Positions 48,417-57,025 of a DNA stretch of 64,000 nucleotides are shown piece by piece. Within the stretch, counting starts at the first letter, position 1. Each line of letters opens with the position of its first letter. The translations under genes were made by a program, and so were the position numbers. The notes beneath the pieces were generated by a model. The model had not been told where the DNA came from, did no database searches, and saw only the letters and a program-made list of their open reading frames with translations. Source of the DNA: Candidatus Thorarchaeota archaeon (lineage in GTDB: Archaea > Asgardarchaeota > Thorarchaeia > Thorarchaeales > Thorarchaeaceae); the NCBI GenBank assembly GCA_011364985.1, contig RDOC01000005.1:1-64000 (forward strand), written 5' to 3'.

Positions 48417-49379
48417 CTAATCCCTCAACTTTGATCCTGTTATCGTCAGAAACACATCACCCAGAGAGGGCTCTCTCAGGGAGGCCTGCTTAACCCTCAG
48501 GTTGCGCTTTGTGAGTCGTTCGATTACTATTGGAAGATCAGAATGACCTGACTGACTCCGAATCCATGCCGTTCGGGGGCCTCCATCAAGAGGCGCACTT
48601 ACTTTCTCAACCTCCAGTTTTAGCTCCCCAGCGAGCCACTCGGCACCAAGAGCAGAGTCCATGTTCTCGACTAGGACCTCAATGAGATACTCACCCACAT
48701 ATTCGCGCTTCAGGTCGTTTGGTGTGCCTTCAGCCACCAGTTTCCCATTATCAATTATTATTACTCGATCGGCTAATGCTTCGCTCTCATCCATGTAATT
48801 TGTACAAAAAAGAACGGTACGCCCTTCATCCCGCATCTTCCGGACCTGATTCCAAATCAGATTTCGGCTTTGAACATCGACACCAAGAGACATCTCGTCA
48901 AGAATGACAAGCTTGGAGTCATGTAAAATCGACCGGACTAGAGCAAGACGACGCTTCATACCTCCGGAATAGGTCTTCACCAAGTCATCTTTACGATTGG
49001 TAAGTCCAGCGATCTCAAGCATTGATGCAACACGTGAATCAACTTCGGTTTCAGGCACTCCATATAGGTGTGCATGGTATACCAGAGATTCTTGTGCGGT
49101 GAGGTCTTGATATAATGCGGTTTCCTGTGGCATGAAGCCAATCAACTGACGAATCTTGGAGAGGTTCTTTGATACTTCGTAACTATGAATCTTGACACTT
49201 CCAGAACTGGGCTTGAGAATTCCTGTAATCAGTTTGACAGTTGTTGATTTTCCTGCACCATTGGGACCAAGGAGGCCAACTATTTCACCCTGCTCAACTG
49301 AGAATGAGAGGTCATCCAAGGCTTTTCTTTGCTCACCATAGATATGGGTAAGGTTTGAAATTTCTATCATCGAAGGCAA
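48417..49379 (-). CDS. ABC-2 ATPase (DrrA-like)
   Basis: GPNGAGKST, YSGGMKRR, EPSLGDVFLTITG. Confidence 0.95.
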   Translation of the reverse strand: MPSMIEISNLTHIYGEQRKALDDLSFSVEQGEIVGLLGPNGAGKSTTVKLITGILKPSSGSVKIHSYEVSKNLSKIRQLIGFMPQETALYQDLTAQESLVYHAHLYGVPETEVDSRVASMLEIAGLTNRKDDLVKTYSGGMKRRLALVRSILHDSKLVILDEMSLGVDVQSRNLIWNQVRKMRDEGRTVLFCTNYMDESEALADRVIIIDNGKLVAEGTPNDLKREYVGEYLIEVLVENMDSALGAEWLAGELKLEVEKVSAPLDGGPRTAWIRSQSGHSDLPIVIERLTKRNLRVKQASLREPSLGDVFLTITGSKLRD

Positions 49380-49488
49380 CTAACCACCAACATATCCTTC
49401 AGCAATCGAGAATATGAAATTCGTGTCACTCCAGAGGTAACAACGAGAGATTCATATCCAGAGAGGGTCATCTCAATGAGGAAGGATA

Positions 49489-49794
49489 TTGACACTGGAA
49501 TATATTTTGCAGCCACGAGTTTTGGTTGTTTTGAAAGAATTAAACTGGGGAGACCGATTTGAGAGTGATCTCCAACAGAAGATTTCTGAGATATCAGGTG
49601 GACCTGAGAGTCTGGCCGATATTAGGAATGAGCTATTGAAGAACGGACTGATTTTACAATTGAAGGGAGGACAAGGCAGCCCGTATCTGTCACTGACCTA
49701 TAAGGGCCAGCTCATAGTCGATCGGCTCCTTGAAACAGAAGAGATGCTCGCTTCAGAGGATGTTGACCAGTCTGGAGCGTTACCCCAAGAGTGA
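49489..49794 (+). CDS. Small wHTH-like protein
   Basis: RNELLKNGLI...YLSLTYKG. Confidence 0.75.
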   Translation: MTLEYILQPRVLVVLKELNWGDRFESDLQQKISEISGGPESLADIRNELLKNGLILQLKGGQGSPYLSLTYKGQLIVDRLLETEEMLASEDVDQSGALPQE

Positions 49795-49833
49795 CAAGGT
49801 CTTGAAAAGGATGCAAAGCTATCTCTAGTTGGT

Positions 49834-50673
49834 ATGGCAATGTCAGATGATGAAATCGTTTCGCAAATGATGAGTCTTGGATTGCACCTAAACGAAGCAA
49901 AAGCATACAAGGCTCTTGTTACCATCGGACAGAGTACAGCTCGAGATGTTGCTTCCAGTTCTGGGATTCCTAGGAGCAAGGTGTATGACGTACTGTACTC
50001 ACTTGAGAACAAGGGACTTGTTCGAAGAATCCTTGGAAGCGAACCAACAGAATTTAGACCATATCCTCCGAAAGAGGCGATTCCCCTTCTTCTTGAGAAA
50101 ATCCAGCAGTCAGGTAAGCTTGTACAGAGAACGTTGGAGAGCTTGGAGAACGAGAGAGGCATTGAGGGTAGAGAGTTAGTGTACACAATAGAGGGGAATG
50201 ATCAGATTAGAATTGAAGTTCGAAGCTTAATCAACAATGCAAAGAAACAGGTGTTTATTTCGACTCTGAACCCTGCCATACTCAGTCTTGCAAGGCCAGC
50301 CTTAGCAAATGCAAAGAAGCAGGGTATAGAAATCAGTCTTGTCACATCACGCAACTTCATCGAAGAATGGCCCGAGTTCAAGCACTATGTAAACATGACA
50401 GATCTGGCAGACGTAAGCCCGCCTGGGATTATGGAGCAGATGAGTGCAGTTCTACAGGACGATTCAGTTATCGATGCAGGATGGAATCCAACACAGATGG
50501 GAATTGTTATTGCGGATAACACAGAGAGTATCGCATTCTTTGGCAGCCATAGAAACCAATCCAAGCCATGGGCATTGACCGTTCGCGTTCCGATGATTGT
50601 TATCTTGCAAAAACATGTGATATCAGCCGTCCTCGCCCAGATAGTACGATTTCTTGAAGGAAGCGCCAAATGA
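49834..50673 (+). CDS. TrmB family transcriptional regulator
   Basis: LGLHLNEAKAYKAL..SGIPRSKVYDVLYSLENKGLV. Confidence 0.93.
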   Translation: MAMSDDEIVSQMMSLGLHLNEAKAYKALVTIGQSTARDVASSSGIPRSKVYDVLYSLENKGLVRRILGSEPTEFRPYPPKEAIPLLLEKIQQSGKLVQRTLESLENERGIEGRELVYTIEGNDQIRIEVRSLINNAKKQVFISTLNPAILSLARPALANAKKQGIEISLVTSRNFIEEWPEFKHYVNMTDLADVSPPGIMEQMSAVLQDDSVIDAGWNPTQMGIVIADNTESIAFFGSHRNQSKPWALTVRVPMIVILQKHVISAVLAQIVRFLEGSAK

Positions 50674-50772
50674 GCAGTTATAGGATAACTTATCCTAGTA
50701 CCTGCTGAGAGTAAGTTCATATTTGAAAGAGGCCATTCTTTCTTGCTGCTCCTGATTGGAGGAAAAAGAGGA

Positions 50773-51585
50773 TTGAAGAAACCGCTTCTCAAGGTTCTTA
50801 GGTGTCCAAAATGCCAGAGGAGCCTATTCATATCTGAGAATAATGCGAATCTAAATGAAATTCACGAAACGACCTTAGCGTGCGAGAAGGGTCACATTTG
50901 GAAGGTAGAGGATGGAATTCCTTCTCTTGTGTTTCCGTCCGTTAGTTCCAAGGATGCAAAATGGATTGCCCAATATGAAGAAATGGCCGAGAGCTACGAT
51001 GATCTTGTCAAGCAGTACGATGATTGGCTTGGCATAGATATGATGAAAGAACGAGAGAGAATTGTTCGTTTCGTTCCGATAGAGGCACCTGTAAAGATAC
51101 TGGATGTAAGCATTGGAACTGCAGCCACCTTTATTGCTTTGTACAATGCATTCCAAGGAAAACAGATGGAACGTTTCAATCTTCATGGGCTCGATCTCTC
51201 TCTTGGCATGCTCAAGGTGGCGAAACAGAAGATAGAGAAAAGAAGCTTGGACATCAGTCTCGTTCACGGGAACGTATTCAATATTCCATACAAGAACAAC
51301 TCGTTCAACATCGTCTATCATAGTGGGGGTATCAATACATTCTCAGATATTGGCCTAGCATTGAACGAGATGCTCAGAGTTGTACGGTCCGGTGGAATTG
51401 TTGTAGTTGTTGATGAGGGGTTGTCTCCAGACATGCGTGAAAGCGAGAAAGGGAAGGAGATTATAAGGACCAATAGTTTATTTGCAGCAAGGCCACCCAT
51501 CGCATACTTGCCTGAGAAGGTAAAGGATGTTGAAATGAACTATATCATGAATGGGACGTTCTATGAGGTTGTATTCAGAAAATAG
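50773..51585 (+). CDS. Trm112-like zinc ribbon fused to a class I SAM methyltransferase
   Basis: LRCPKC..LACEKGH.W.VEDGIP; ILDVSIGT, GLDLSLGML, EMLRVVRSGG; GAGGA RBS before TTG 50773. Confidence 0.88.
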   Translation: MKKPLLKVLRCPKCQRSLFISENNANLNEIHETTLACEKGHIWKVEDGIPSLVFPSVSSKDAKWIAQYEEMAESYDDLVKQYDDWLGIDMMKERERIVRFVPIEAPVKILDVSIGTAATFIALYNAFQGKQMERFNLHGLDLSLGMLKVAKQKIEKRSLDISLVHGNVFNIPYKNNSFNIVYHSGGINTFSDIGLALNEMLRVVRSGGIVVVVDEGLSPDMRESEKGKEIIRTNSLFAARPPIAYLPEKVKDVEMNYIMNGTFYEVVFRK

Positions 51586-51615
51586 ATGAGTCTGTTAATA
51601 GAAAATAGTCTGTGC

Positions 51616-51726
51616 TCATGTGGCTTCCCACAAGAGCACTTGTTCGCATGTGGCACAACGATGATCGGCTTTCTCGTTGCGACTGGGATGATGAGTAGTT
51701 CGAATGAATTCCTTTTGGTCATTCAT
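51616..51726 (-). CDS. Micropeptide P4 (36 aa), possibly a frameshifted fourth array copy
   Basis: GAGGT-n10-ATG; MNDQKEFIRTTHHPSRNEKADHRCATCEQVLLWEAT*; motif-like HMRTSALVGSHM in an adjacent frame. Confidence 0.4.
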   Translation of the reverse strand: MNDQKEFIRTTHHPSRNEKADHRCATCEQVLLWEAT

Positions 51727-51732
51727 AGCGGA

Positions 51733-51825
51733 CTATACCTCTTTGTAAAGATATGAATGTGCAAGCGCCTTGGTCGAAACATGCTGCTTGACACGTCGAT
51801 CATATTCTTTCTTAACTGGAAACAT
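51733..51825 (-). CDS. Micropeptide P3 (30 aa)
   Basis: GGAGGT-n7-ATG; MFPVKKEYDRRVKQHVSTKALAHSYLYKEV*. Confidence 0.7.
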   Translation of the reverse strand: MFPVKKEYDRRVKQHVSTKALAHSYLYKEV

Positions 51826-51830
51826 CGAGC

Positions 51831-51938
51831 TTACCTCCTGTATGCAAGCGCGTACCCAATAGCATCGGTCGAAACAACCTTTGCCATTTTCGAATTCCTT
51901 GTTCCACTTCTGAATAGGGCATTCTTCTCAATTGCCAT
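51831..51938 (-). CDS. Micropeptide P2 (35 aa)
   Basis: GAGGT-n8-ATG; MAIEKNALFRSGTRNSKMAKVVSTDAIGYALAYRR*. Confidence 0.7.
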   Translation of the reverse strand: MAIEKNALFRSGTRNSKMAKVVSTDAIGYALAYRR

Positions 51939-51940
51939 TT

Positions 51941-52048
51941 TTACTTACCTCGTGATGCGTATGAGTAGTAGAGTGCCTCATTCCAGTGATAGTTCGAAGT
52001 TGATGCATATTGGAGTTCTTCACTTCGATTACTTGTTTCTTGGACCAA
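51941..52048 (-). CDS. Micropeptide P1 (35 aa)
   Basis: GGTGA-n6-TTG; MVQETSNRSEELQYASTSNYHWNEALYYSYASRGK*. Confidence 0.65.
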   Translation of the reverse strand: MVQETSNRSEELQYASTSNYHWNEALYYSYASRGK

Positions 52049-52109
52049 TCTTGCTCACCAATCCTTGTGTGAACCAGTTGAGTTCGCATGTTTCCATACA
52101 AAGTCTACA

Positions 52110-52204
52110 TATATAAAGGTTTGTAAACCAAACCATTTGTAACTAAAACCATTTTAATACGTACTTTTTTTGTCTTACATGGTTCCTACGATAAACCTTT
52201 TAAA
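52110..52204. promoter_or_regulatory. Divergent promoters with 16-bp tandem operator repeats
   Basis: TTTATATA (minus, 52117-52110); TTTGTAAACCAAACCA / TTTGTAACTAAAACCA at 52120-52151; inverted TTACATGGTT at 52175-52184; TTTTAAA (plus) ending 52203. Confidence 0.7.
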
Positions 52205-52254
52205 ATGGATTGCGCATAAAATACAAAGAACAAAGAACGAATTGGGATGATAGA

Positions 52255-52992
52255 TTGACGAAATATGAAGTGACTGACGCCCTTGAGGGAATTGAACTCA
52301 CGGAAGAGGGCAAACAGGAAATGCGCGACATCGTGTTCATTCACGATAAAGAACGTGGGGAAATCATAGACGACCAAGTAAGACATTTCATCATCCAAAT
52401 CCTGAAGCGCGGAATTGACGATATGCTGACGACTGAAACCAAGGACCCAAGTACAGGGGGAACTATTAGGATTCAGAGAGAAATAAAGCGATATGCAATG
52501 TCGGTTGTGGAGATTGTCAGAATGGCAAAGAGGTATAACGACATTGACAATGTGACCAAAAATCAAGTTTATCACCACCTGCCAAAACTCATTGAAGCGG
52601 GCTTTGTAGTCAAATATGGAACCGTTGTAACTGGAAAAAGAACAACGGATTACTACCGAAGAACGGCAAAGGGCTTTGTTCTTGCTACGAGCCAATCGAC
52701 TATGAATGAAGCGTTAATGAAGAGGAAAGCAGAAAGTCATGTCGAGAAGTTCTCAATCTTTGATATTACTCTTTCAGAGGCCCAGAAGAAGGAACTAGTG
52801 GGCCTGCTGTTTGAAGCAGCCAAGATAGAGAAGAAAGGCGTATCGGAAATCGCCAAGCTCGTGAAGGGGGACGTCGCCGATAAGGAGATACTATCGATGT
52901 ACGAGGATTTGGTTATGCTATATGCCCTTGGTGATGAGAACTGGTTACAAATTCATAGAAGGATACGGGAAATTCTCCTTCCAAACAAATAA
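52255..52992 (+). CDS. ArsR-like wHTH regulator with C-terminal helical domain
   Basis: DQVRHFIIQIL..MSVVEIV..TKNQVYHHLPKLIEAGFV..TDYYRRTAKGF; GGGATGA before TTG 52255. Confidence 0.88.
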   Translation: MTKYEVTDALEGIELTEEGKQEMRDIVFIHDKERGEIIDDQVRHFIIQILKRGIDDMLTTETKDPSTGGTIRIQREIKRYAMSVVEIVRMAKRYNDIDNVTKNQVYHHLPKLIEAGFVVKYGTVVTGKRTTDYYRRTAKGFVLATSQSTMNEALMKRKAESHVEKFSIFDITLSEAQKKELVGLLFEAAKIEKKGVSEIAKLVKGDVADKEILSMYEDLVMLYALGDENWLQIHRRIREILLPNK

Positions 52993-53024
52993 CCATTAGT
53001 CGATATCATCGAAATGGGAAAAAT

Positions 53025-53261
53025 TCAACAGGTCGCACATACATTCGTCTGAGTCTCACCTACACCCTCAATCGCCTTGAGTTTTTCCACAACGTAGATA
53101 CTCATGTCATCGTTAGACTTGAATTCTGCCTTGACAATGATGTCAAAAGCGCCGAATATTATGAATGCTTCTTTCGTTTCGTCAAGTGCGATGATTTTGT
53201 CCAGAACATGCCGATTGGACATCCCTTCTATCTTGATCATGATATAAGCTGTGATTGTCAT
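53025..53261 (-). CDS. Stand-alone Lrp/AsnC ligand-binding (RAM) domain protein
   Basis: AYIMIK...FGAFDIIVK...IEGVGETQT. Confidence 0.9.
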   Translation of the reverse strand: MTITAYIMIKIEGMSNRHVLDKIIALDETKEAFIIFGAFDIIVKAEFKSNDDMSIYVVEKLKAIEGVGETQTNVCATC

Positions 53262-53364
53262 TGGATTGACCTCGCAGGTGTTTCTTTTGGACGATACGAT
53301 CTGCACTTATCCTTTACTAATTGGCTGCGCAGTAGTGATGAATCTGTGAGTGCTATTGAATGTG

Positions 53365-53742
53365 CTAAAGCCGCCTCATTAGTTGAATTGCAGTCTTCGC
53401 CAAATCAACAATGGTGAGCTCTGGTACGGAGTCAGGAGTGGCCCAAGCAATTGCCCAAGTGTCATCTTCTACAAGAGCCATTAGGAGATGACCTTGGTCC
53501 TTGTCCGCAGTTGCTATGTACGATTCGTCATCGGCAGCTACCAATCTGTAGGTCACACCACCTACCGAAATAGAGGAGGCTCCTGACGATGATGCAGTGG
53601 CTAAGGATTCTGTGGCATCGACAAGGTTATTCCAGTTTCTGGTAACCCAAATGATCTCACCGTTCTTCATAATCGCGAAAGCCTGAATCTTCGGATTATG
53701 GGAATACAGAAGTTTCCACTCATTATCGATAGTCATGTCCAT
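53365..53742 (-). CDS. Profilin-like protein (divergent paralog)
   Basis: IQAFAIMKNGEIIWVTRNW..SISVGGVTY..QGHLLMA..AIAWATPD; collinear with its neighbour. Confidence 0.7.
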   Translation of the reverse strand: MDMTIDNEWKLLYSHNPKIQAFAIMKNGEIIWVTRNWNNLVDATESLATASSSGASSISVGGVTYRLVAADDESYIATADKDQGHLLMALVEDDTWAIAWATPDSVPELTIVDLAKTAIQLMRRL

Positions 53743-53847
53743 TTTGATTTCACCAGAATGCAGCTATATTCTTGGACACCTAGAACTCACAAGATGGGTC
53801 GGACGGATTGCATTGGCCAGATAGACAGCCCATCTCAGACTGCCTTC

Positions 53848-54228
53848 TTAGATTTTGCCTTTCAGTGATTTTGCAGCACGATCAACATCGACATAGATTC
53901 CGTCTGGAGCAGCTTCTGCCGCAGCCCAAGCAACAACGAACTTGTCGCCCTCGATTTTGGCTAAAACCAAAATGCCGCTTCCTTGAACATTTCTGGCTAC
54001 GAGACTATCGGGAGTTGTCCGAATTGTGCTGTATTTCACCTGATTCTGCATGACACTTGCAGCACCACTGCCAACTGCCTTGCCAAGCTGAGCTGCATCG
54101 GCTGTGAGGTCCCAGTTGTTTGACTGCCAAAGGACCTGGCCGGAGGTAGTGATTACTCCAAAGGCTTGAACCATGTTTCCGCTGTCATTGTAGGCTTGTG
54201 TGTATGCATCCATAACTGGATCTGACAA
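53848..54228 (-). CDS. Asgard profilin
   Basis: AFGVITTSGQVLWQSNNWDL..QNQVKYSTIRTT..VARNVQGSG matches the Asgard profilin pattern (G..I.QT.NW..GIKY...N..GKG). Confidence 0.85.
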   Translation of the reverse strand: MSDPVMDAYTQAYNDSGNMVQAFGVITTSGQVLWQSNNWDLTADAAQLGKAVGSGAASVMQNQVKYSTIRTTPDSLVARNVQGSGILVLAKIEGDKFVVAWAAAEAAPDGIYVDVDRAAKSLKGKI

Positions 54229-54402
54229 TATTATTCACCCCATGTTATACACGGTTTCTGGAAAGAAAGAAACAGTGTTACCATAAAAAGGAATTCTTGA
54301 TAGCCTTCTAAAAGTATCTTAGTCGGCAGTTGCCTAACATATTTTGAGAAATCTCATCATACTGGGGTCACACTCATATGTTCCGAACACATATTGGGAA
54401 TC

Positions 54403-54705
54403 ATGAGCCACGGACCGATCTGGGAGAACAACGATGGGGTCATCATAAAGATACTGGTTAGGCCGCGCTCGAAAGAGCGAGCTGTCATTTCTGAGCTCAC
54501 TGACGAGTATTTGGCCATCAATATCAGAGCTCCAGCAAGAGAAGGAAAGGCAAATATCGAACTCCTGAAACAATTGGCGAAACTCCTTCACGTGTCAACA
54601 GCCAACATAGAGATAATATCAGGTCATAAATCCCGAGAGAAGACCATCAAAGTAATCGGGATTCAGAAAGAACAAGTTGTCAAGCTGGTCACAAACGATA
54701 AATAA
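54403..54705 (+). CDS. DUF167 (YggU) family protein
   Basis: VRPRS, APAREGKANIELL, ISGHKSREK. Confidence 0.92.
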   Translation: MSHGPIWENNDGVIIKILVRPRSKERAVISELTDEYLAINIRAPAREGKANIELLKQLAKLLHVSTANIEIISGHKSREKTIKVIGIQKEQVVKLVTNDK

Positions 54706-54802
54706 TCGCAAGCCTGAGATTTCCTTCACAGGAGTTCCCCTGTATTGCATCGTATCTGCTTCATGCAACAGATGTATGCTCGCTTAGCTAGGAGGATAAC
54801 TA

Positions 54803-57025
54803 GTGGACCAGACCCCAAGAACAACGAAAGCACTTCTCTTGGGCATCTTTGGAGCTGGCGCCTTCTATGCTGCACTTGTAGCTTTTCAGGGGAAATGGGA
54901 CGATCCAAGTGTACTTATTGCAATTCTTGTTGAGTGTGGATTGCTCTATGGATCATTGTATAGAAAAGCACCCGAAATCCCTGAAATTCTCACATTCTTA
55001 TTGGCAGCCCTGCTCCTGCCAATCTTCTCAGCTCTTCTCGGAATCCTCACTGAGATCACGATAATGGCGTCAGCTGGACTGATCATCTATCCTGCTGTTA
55101 TGAGCAGGCCAAGATTCCCCTTAACCAAGAGAGCGGTGACTTCTGGAATTATCATTGGTGTAATCATGACTTTCTTGGGGATCTATCTCGCGCTAAAAAT
55201 CGGTGTGGTCTATTTCATCGGAGCTGAGCTACTTGGTGCCTTGCTTCTTGGTGCATATGGCAGATATACTCCAGAGGAGAATACAATTGTTGTTTCCATA
55301 GCAAACAGCTCAGCATACATCTCTGTGGGCGTCCTAGTCGCCTTTCCTGCAATTGCAATCTTCACTCCACCCAGTTACGCAGACGCAGTAATCACATATC
55401 CCTTCATAGTCATCGTCACAGGCCTTAGCGCACTCTTTGGGTTGATTCTCTTGTTTCCATTCAGAGAGCAATTTGAAAAAGATCCATGGCCCCAAGTTGT
55501 TCCTCAAGCTAACTGCATTGTATCCCTCGCTGCAGATCCCAACTCAAAGGAGAATGTAGTTGGAGGAATGGTGACAAGTGCGTCTTGGATGGGGACCACA
55601 CGGTTCTTAGAGAGCATCACAGCCTCAAATCTGTCTTCACTCCCCCAAGCATTGGCACCTATTATCCCTGCAGCAGGAAATGTGCCAAATTGGATTGGAG
55701 TGACGAATTCCCCATTGCTTGCAGGAGTCGGATACTTCGTTGGATGGAAAAGGACACTCACGATAGCCCTCGGCACTCTAGTGACGGTGCTAATCTGGGT
55801 GCTTGTAGAAGGTGCAACACCAATCGAGTACGGGGAACACCTGCATCGTCCCGAGATAATCTACTTGGTTCTAGGAGTCTTCGTGGCAGTCATTCTCAAT
55901 GATATAGTTTCTAGTAGGGCAAAGGACCTGACACCCGAGGAATTTGAGAAGCAGGCAAGAAACCACAAGAATACTCTGAATGGGAAGAGCCAAGAGATGC
56001 ATCTAATCGATAAGCCGCATAAGGCAGAAGAGATTCAGGAGCTACTCCGAGTAAGAACGGAACTCTTCAGCATAGAAGCTCTGATGGAAGAGATCCGATG
56101 GATGGTAAAAGATCCTAGAGGTTACATGAGAAGCAAGAGAGGGAGATTGCCACCTTGGGTCGCTTTCACGTCACTAGCTCTCTTCGTAGTTGTGGGCATA
56201 GTTGTCTTCTCAGCTCTCAGACCTTTTCTGAACATCAGTATTCCGTGGCTATTATTCTTGATTGGAGCACCATTAGCAATGGTCTCGGCCTATTTCACCG
56301 CCAGAGCTATCAGCGAAACGGGTATGCTCGCCGGGTATATCTCAGATATCATTGCCATCCCTGCCATTCTGTTGTTCCGAACGACATTCCAATCGATAAC
56401 GACATTCATGGCGATGCTTGGGGGTCTTCAAGATGCTGCAATAGCCCTGTTAGTGCATCTAAAGCTGGGCAGAATCACTGGAGTGAAGGCGAGAAGCATT
56501 GTGAAGGCAGTTGCAATTGGAATGGCGCTAGGAACGTCGATTGGCTCCATGATAACCTATCTCTTGTACCGAACTTATGGTTTCGGCGGAGCTGAATTCC
56601 CTGCCCCTGTTTCACAGCTGTTCGGTTTTCTGGTCACTAGTATCACACATATTGGCAATTTCCAACTACCAGGAGCGGACCAGCTGCCCGGTATGCCCAT
56701 CTACCTCGCATTTGCATATCTCATGACTTTCGCTATAATTGGATATATTGCTGGAAGAGAACTCAATCGAAGAGGGTTTAGCGCAATTAGCTTGGCTGTG
56801 GGCTTGCTGATACCGCCAACTACATCAGTCACATTGCTAATTGGTGGAGCCTTGCACTACTGGGTCGACAGAAAGAAGAGGGCAGAGGCTCTTAACTCCG
56901 AAGCGATTGCAGCTTGCGAGAAGTCTGTGGAGAAGACGAGCCAAGTCCTGAGTGGAGTTGTAGCTGGAGAGGCTATTGTCACCGTGTTTGTTGTTGTATT
57001 GGCTGCCTTCGCAATGATTATCTAG
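54803..57025 (+). CDS. OPT/YSL-like oligopeptide transporter
   Basis: LTKRAV..YLALKIG, EENTIV, FPAP, SGVVAGEAI. Confidence 0.8.
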   Translation: MDQTPRTTKALLLGIFGAGAFYAALVAFQGKWDDPSVLIAILVECGLLYGSLYRKAPEIPEILTFLLAALLLPIFSALLGILTEITIMASAGLIIYPAVMSRPRFPLTKRAVTSGIIIGVIMTFLGIYLALKIGVVYFIGAELLGALLLGAYGRYTPEENTIVVSIANSSAYISVGVLVAFPAIAIFTPPSYADAVITYPFIVIVTGLSALFGLILLFPFREQFEKDPWPQVVPQANCIVSLAADPNSKENVVGGMVTSASWMGTTRFLESITASNLSSLPQALAPIIPAAGNVPNWIGVTNSPLLAGVGYFVGWKRTLTIALGTLVTVLIWVLVEGATPIEYGEHLHRPEIIYLVLGVFVAVILNDIVSSRAKDLTPEEFEKQARNHKNTLNGKSQEMHLIDKPHKAEEIQELLRVRTELFSIEALMEEIRWMVKDPRGYMRSKRGRLPPWVAFTSLALFVVVGIVVFSALRPFLNISIPWLLFLIGAPLAMVSAYFTARAISETGMLAGYISDIIAIPAILLFRTTFQSITTFMAMLGGLQDAAIALLVHLKLGRITGVKARSIVKAVAIGMALGTSIGSMITYLLYRTYGFGGAEFPAPVSQLFGFLVTSITHIGNFQLPGADQLPGMPIYLAFAYLMTFAIIGYIAGRELNRRGFSAISLAVGLLIPPTTSVTLLIGGALHYWVDRKKRAEALNSEAIAACEKSVEKTSQVLSGVVAGEAIVTVFVVVLAAFAMII

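Noticed and set aside
51928-52089. Leaderless 53-aa ORF (MRTQLVH...) as the first array gene
   Set aside because: It overlaps P1 in another frame; P1 has an SD, the shared motif and matching length. Not fully excluded, because its ATG is near the predicted TSS
51757-52116. 119-aa plus-strand ORF in the ORF track
   Set aside because: No RBS or recognisable fold; promoter, SD sites and repeated motif all point to the minus strand
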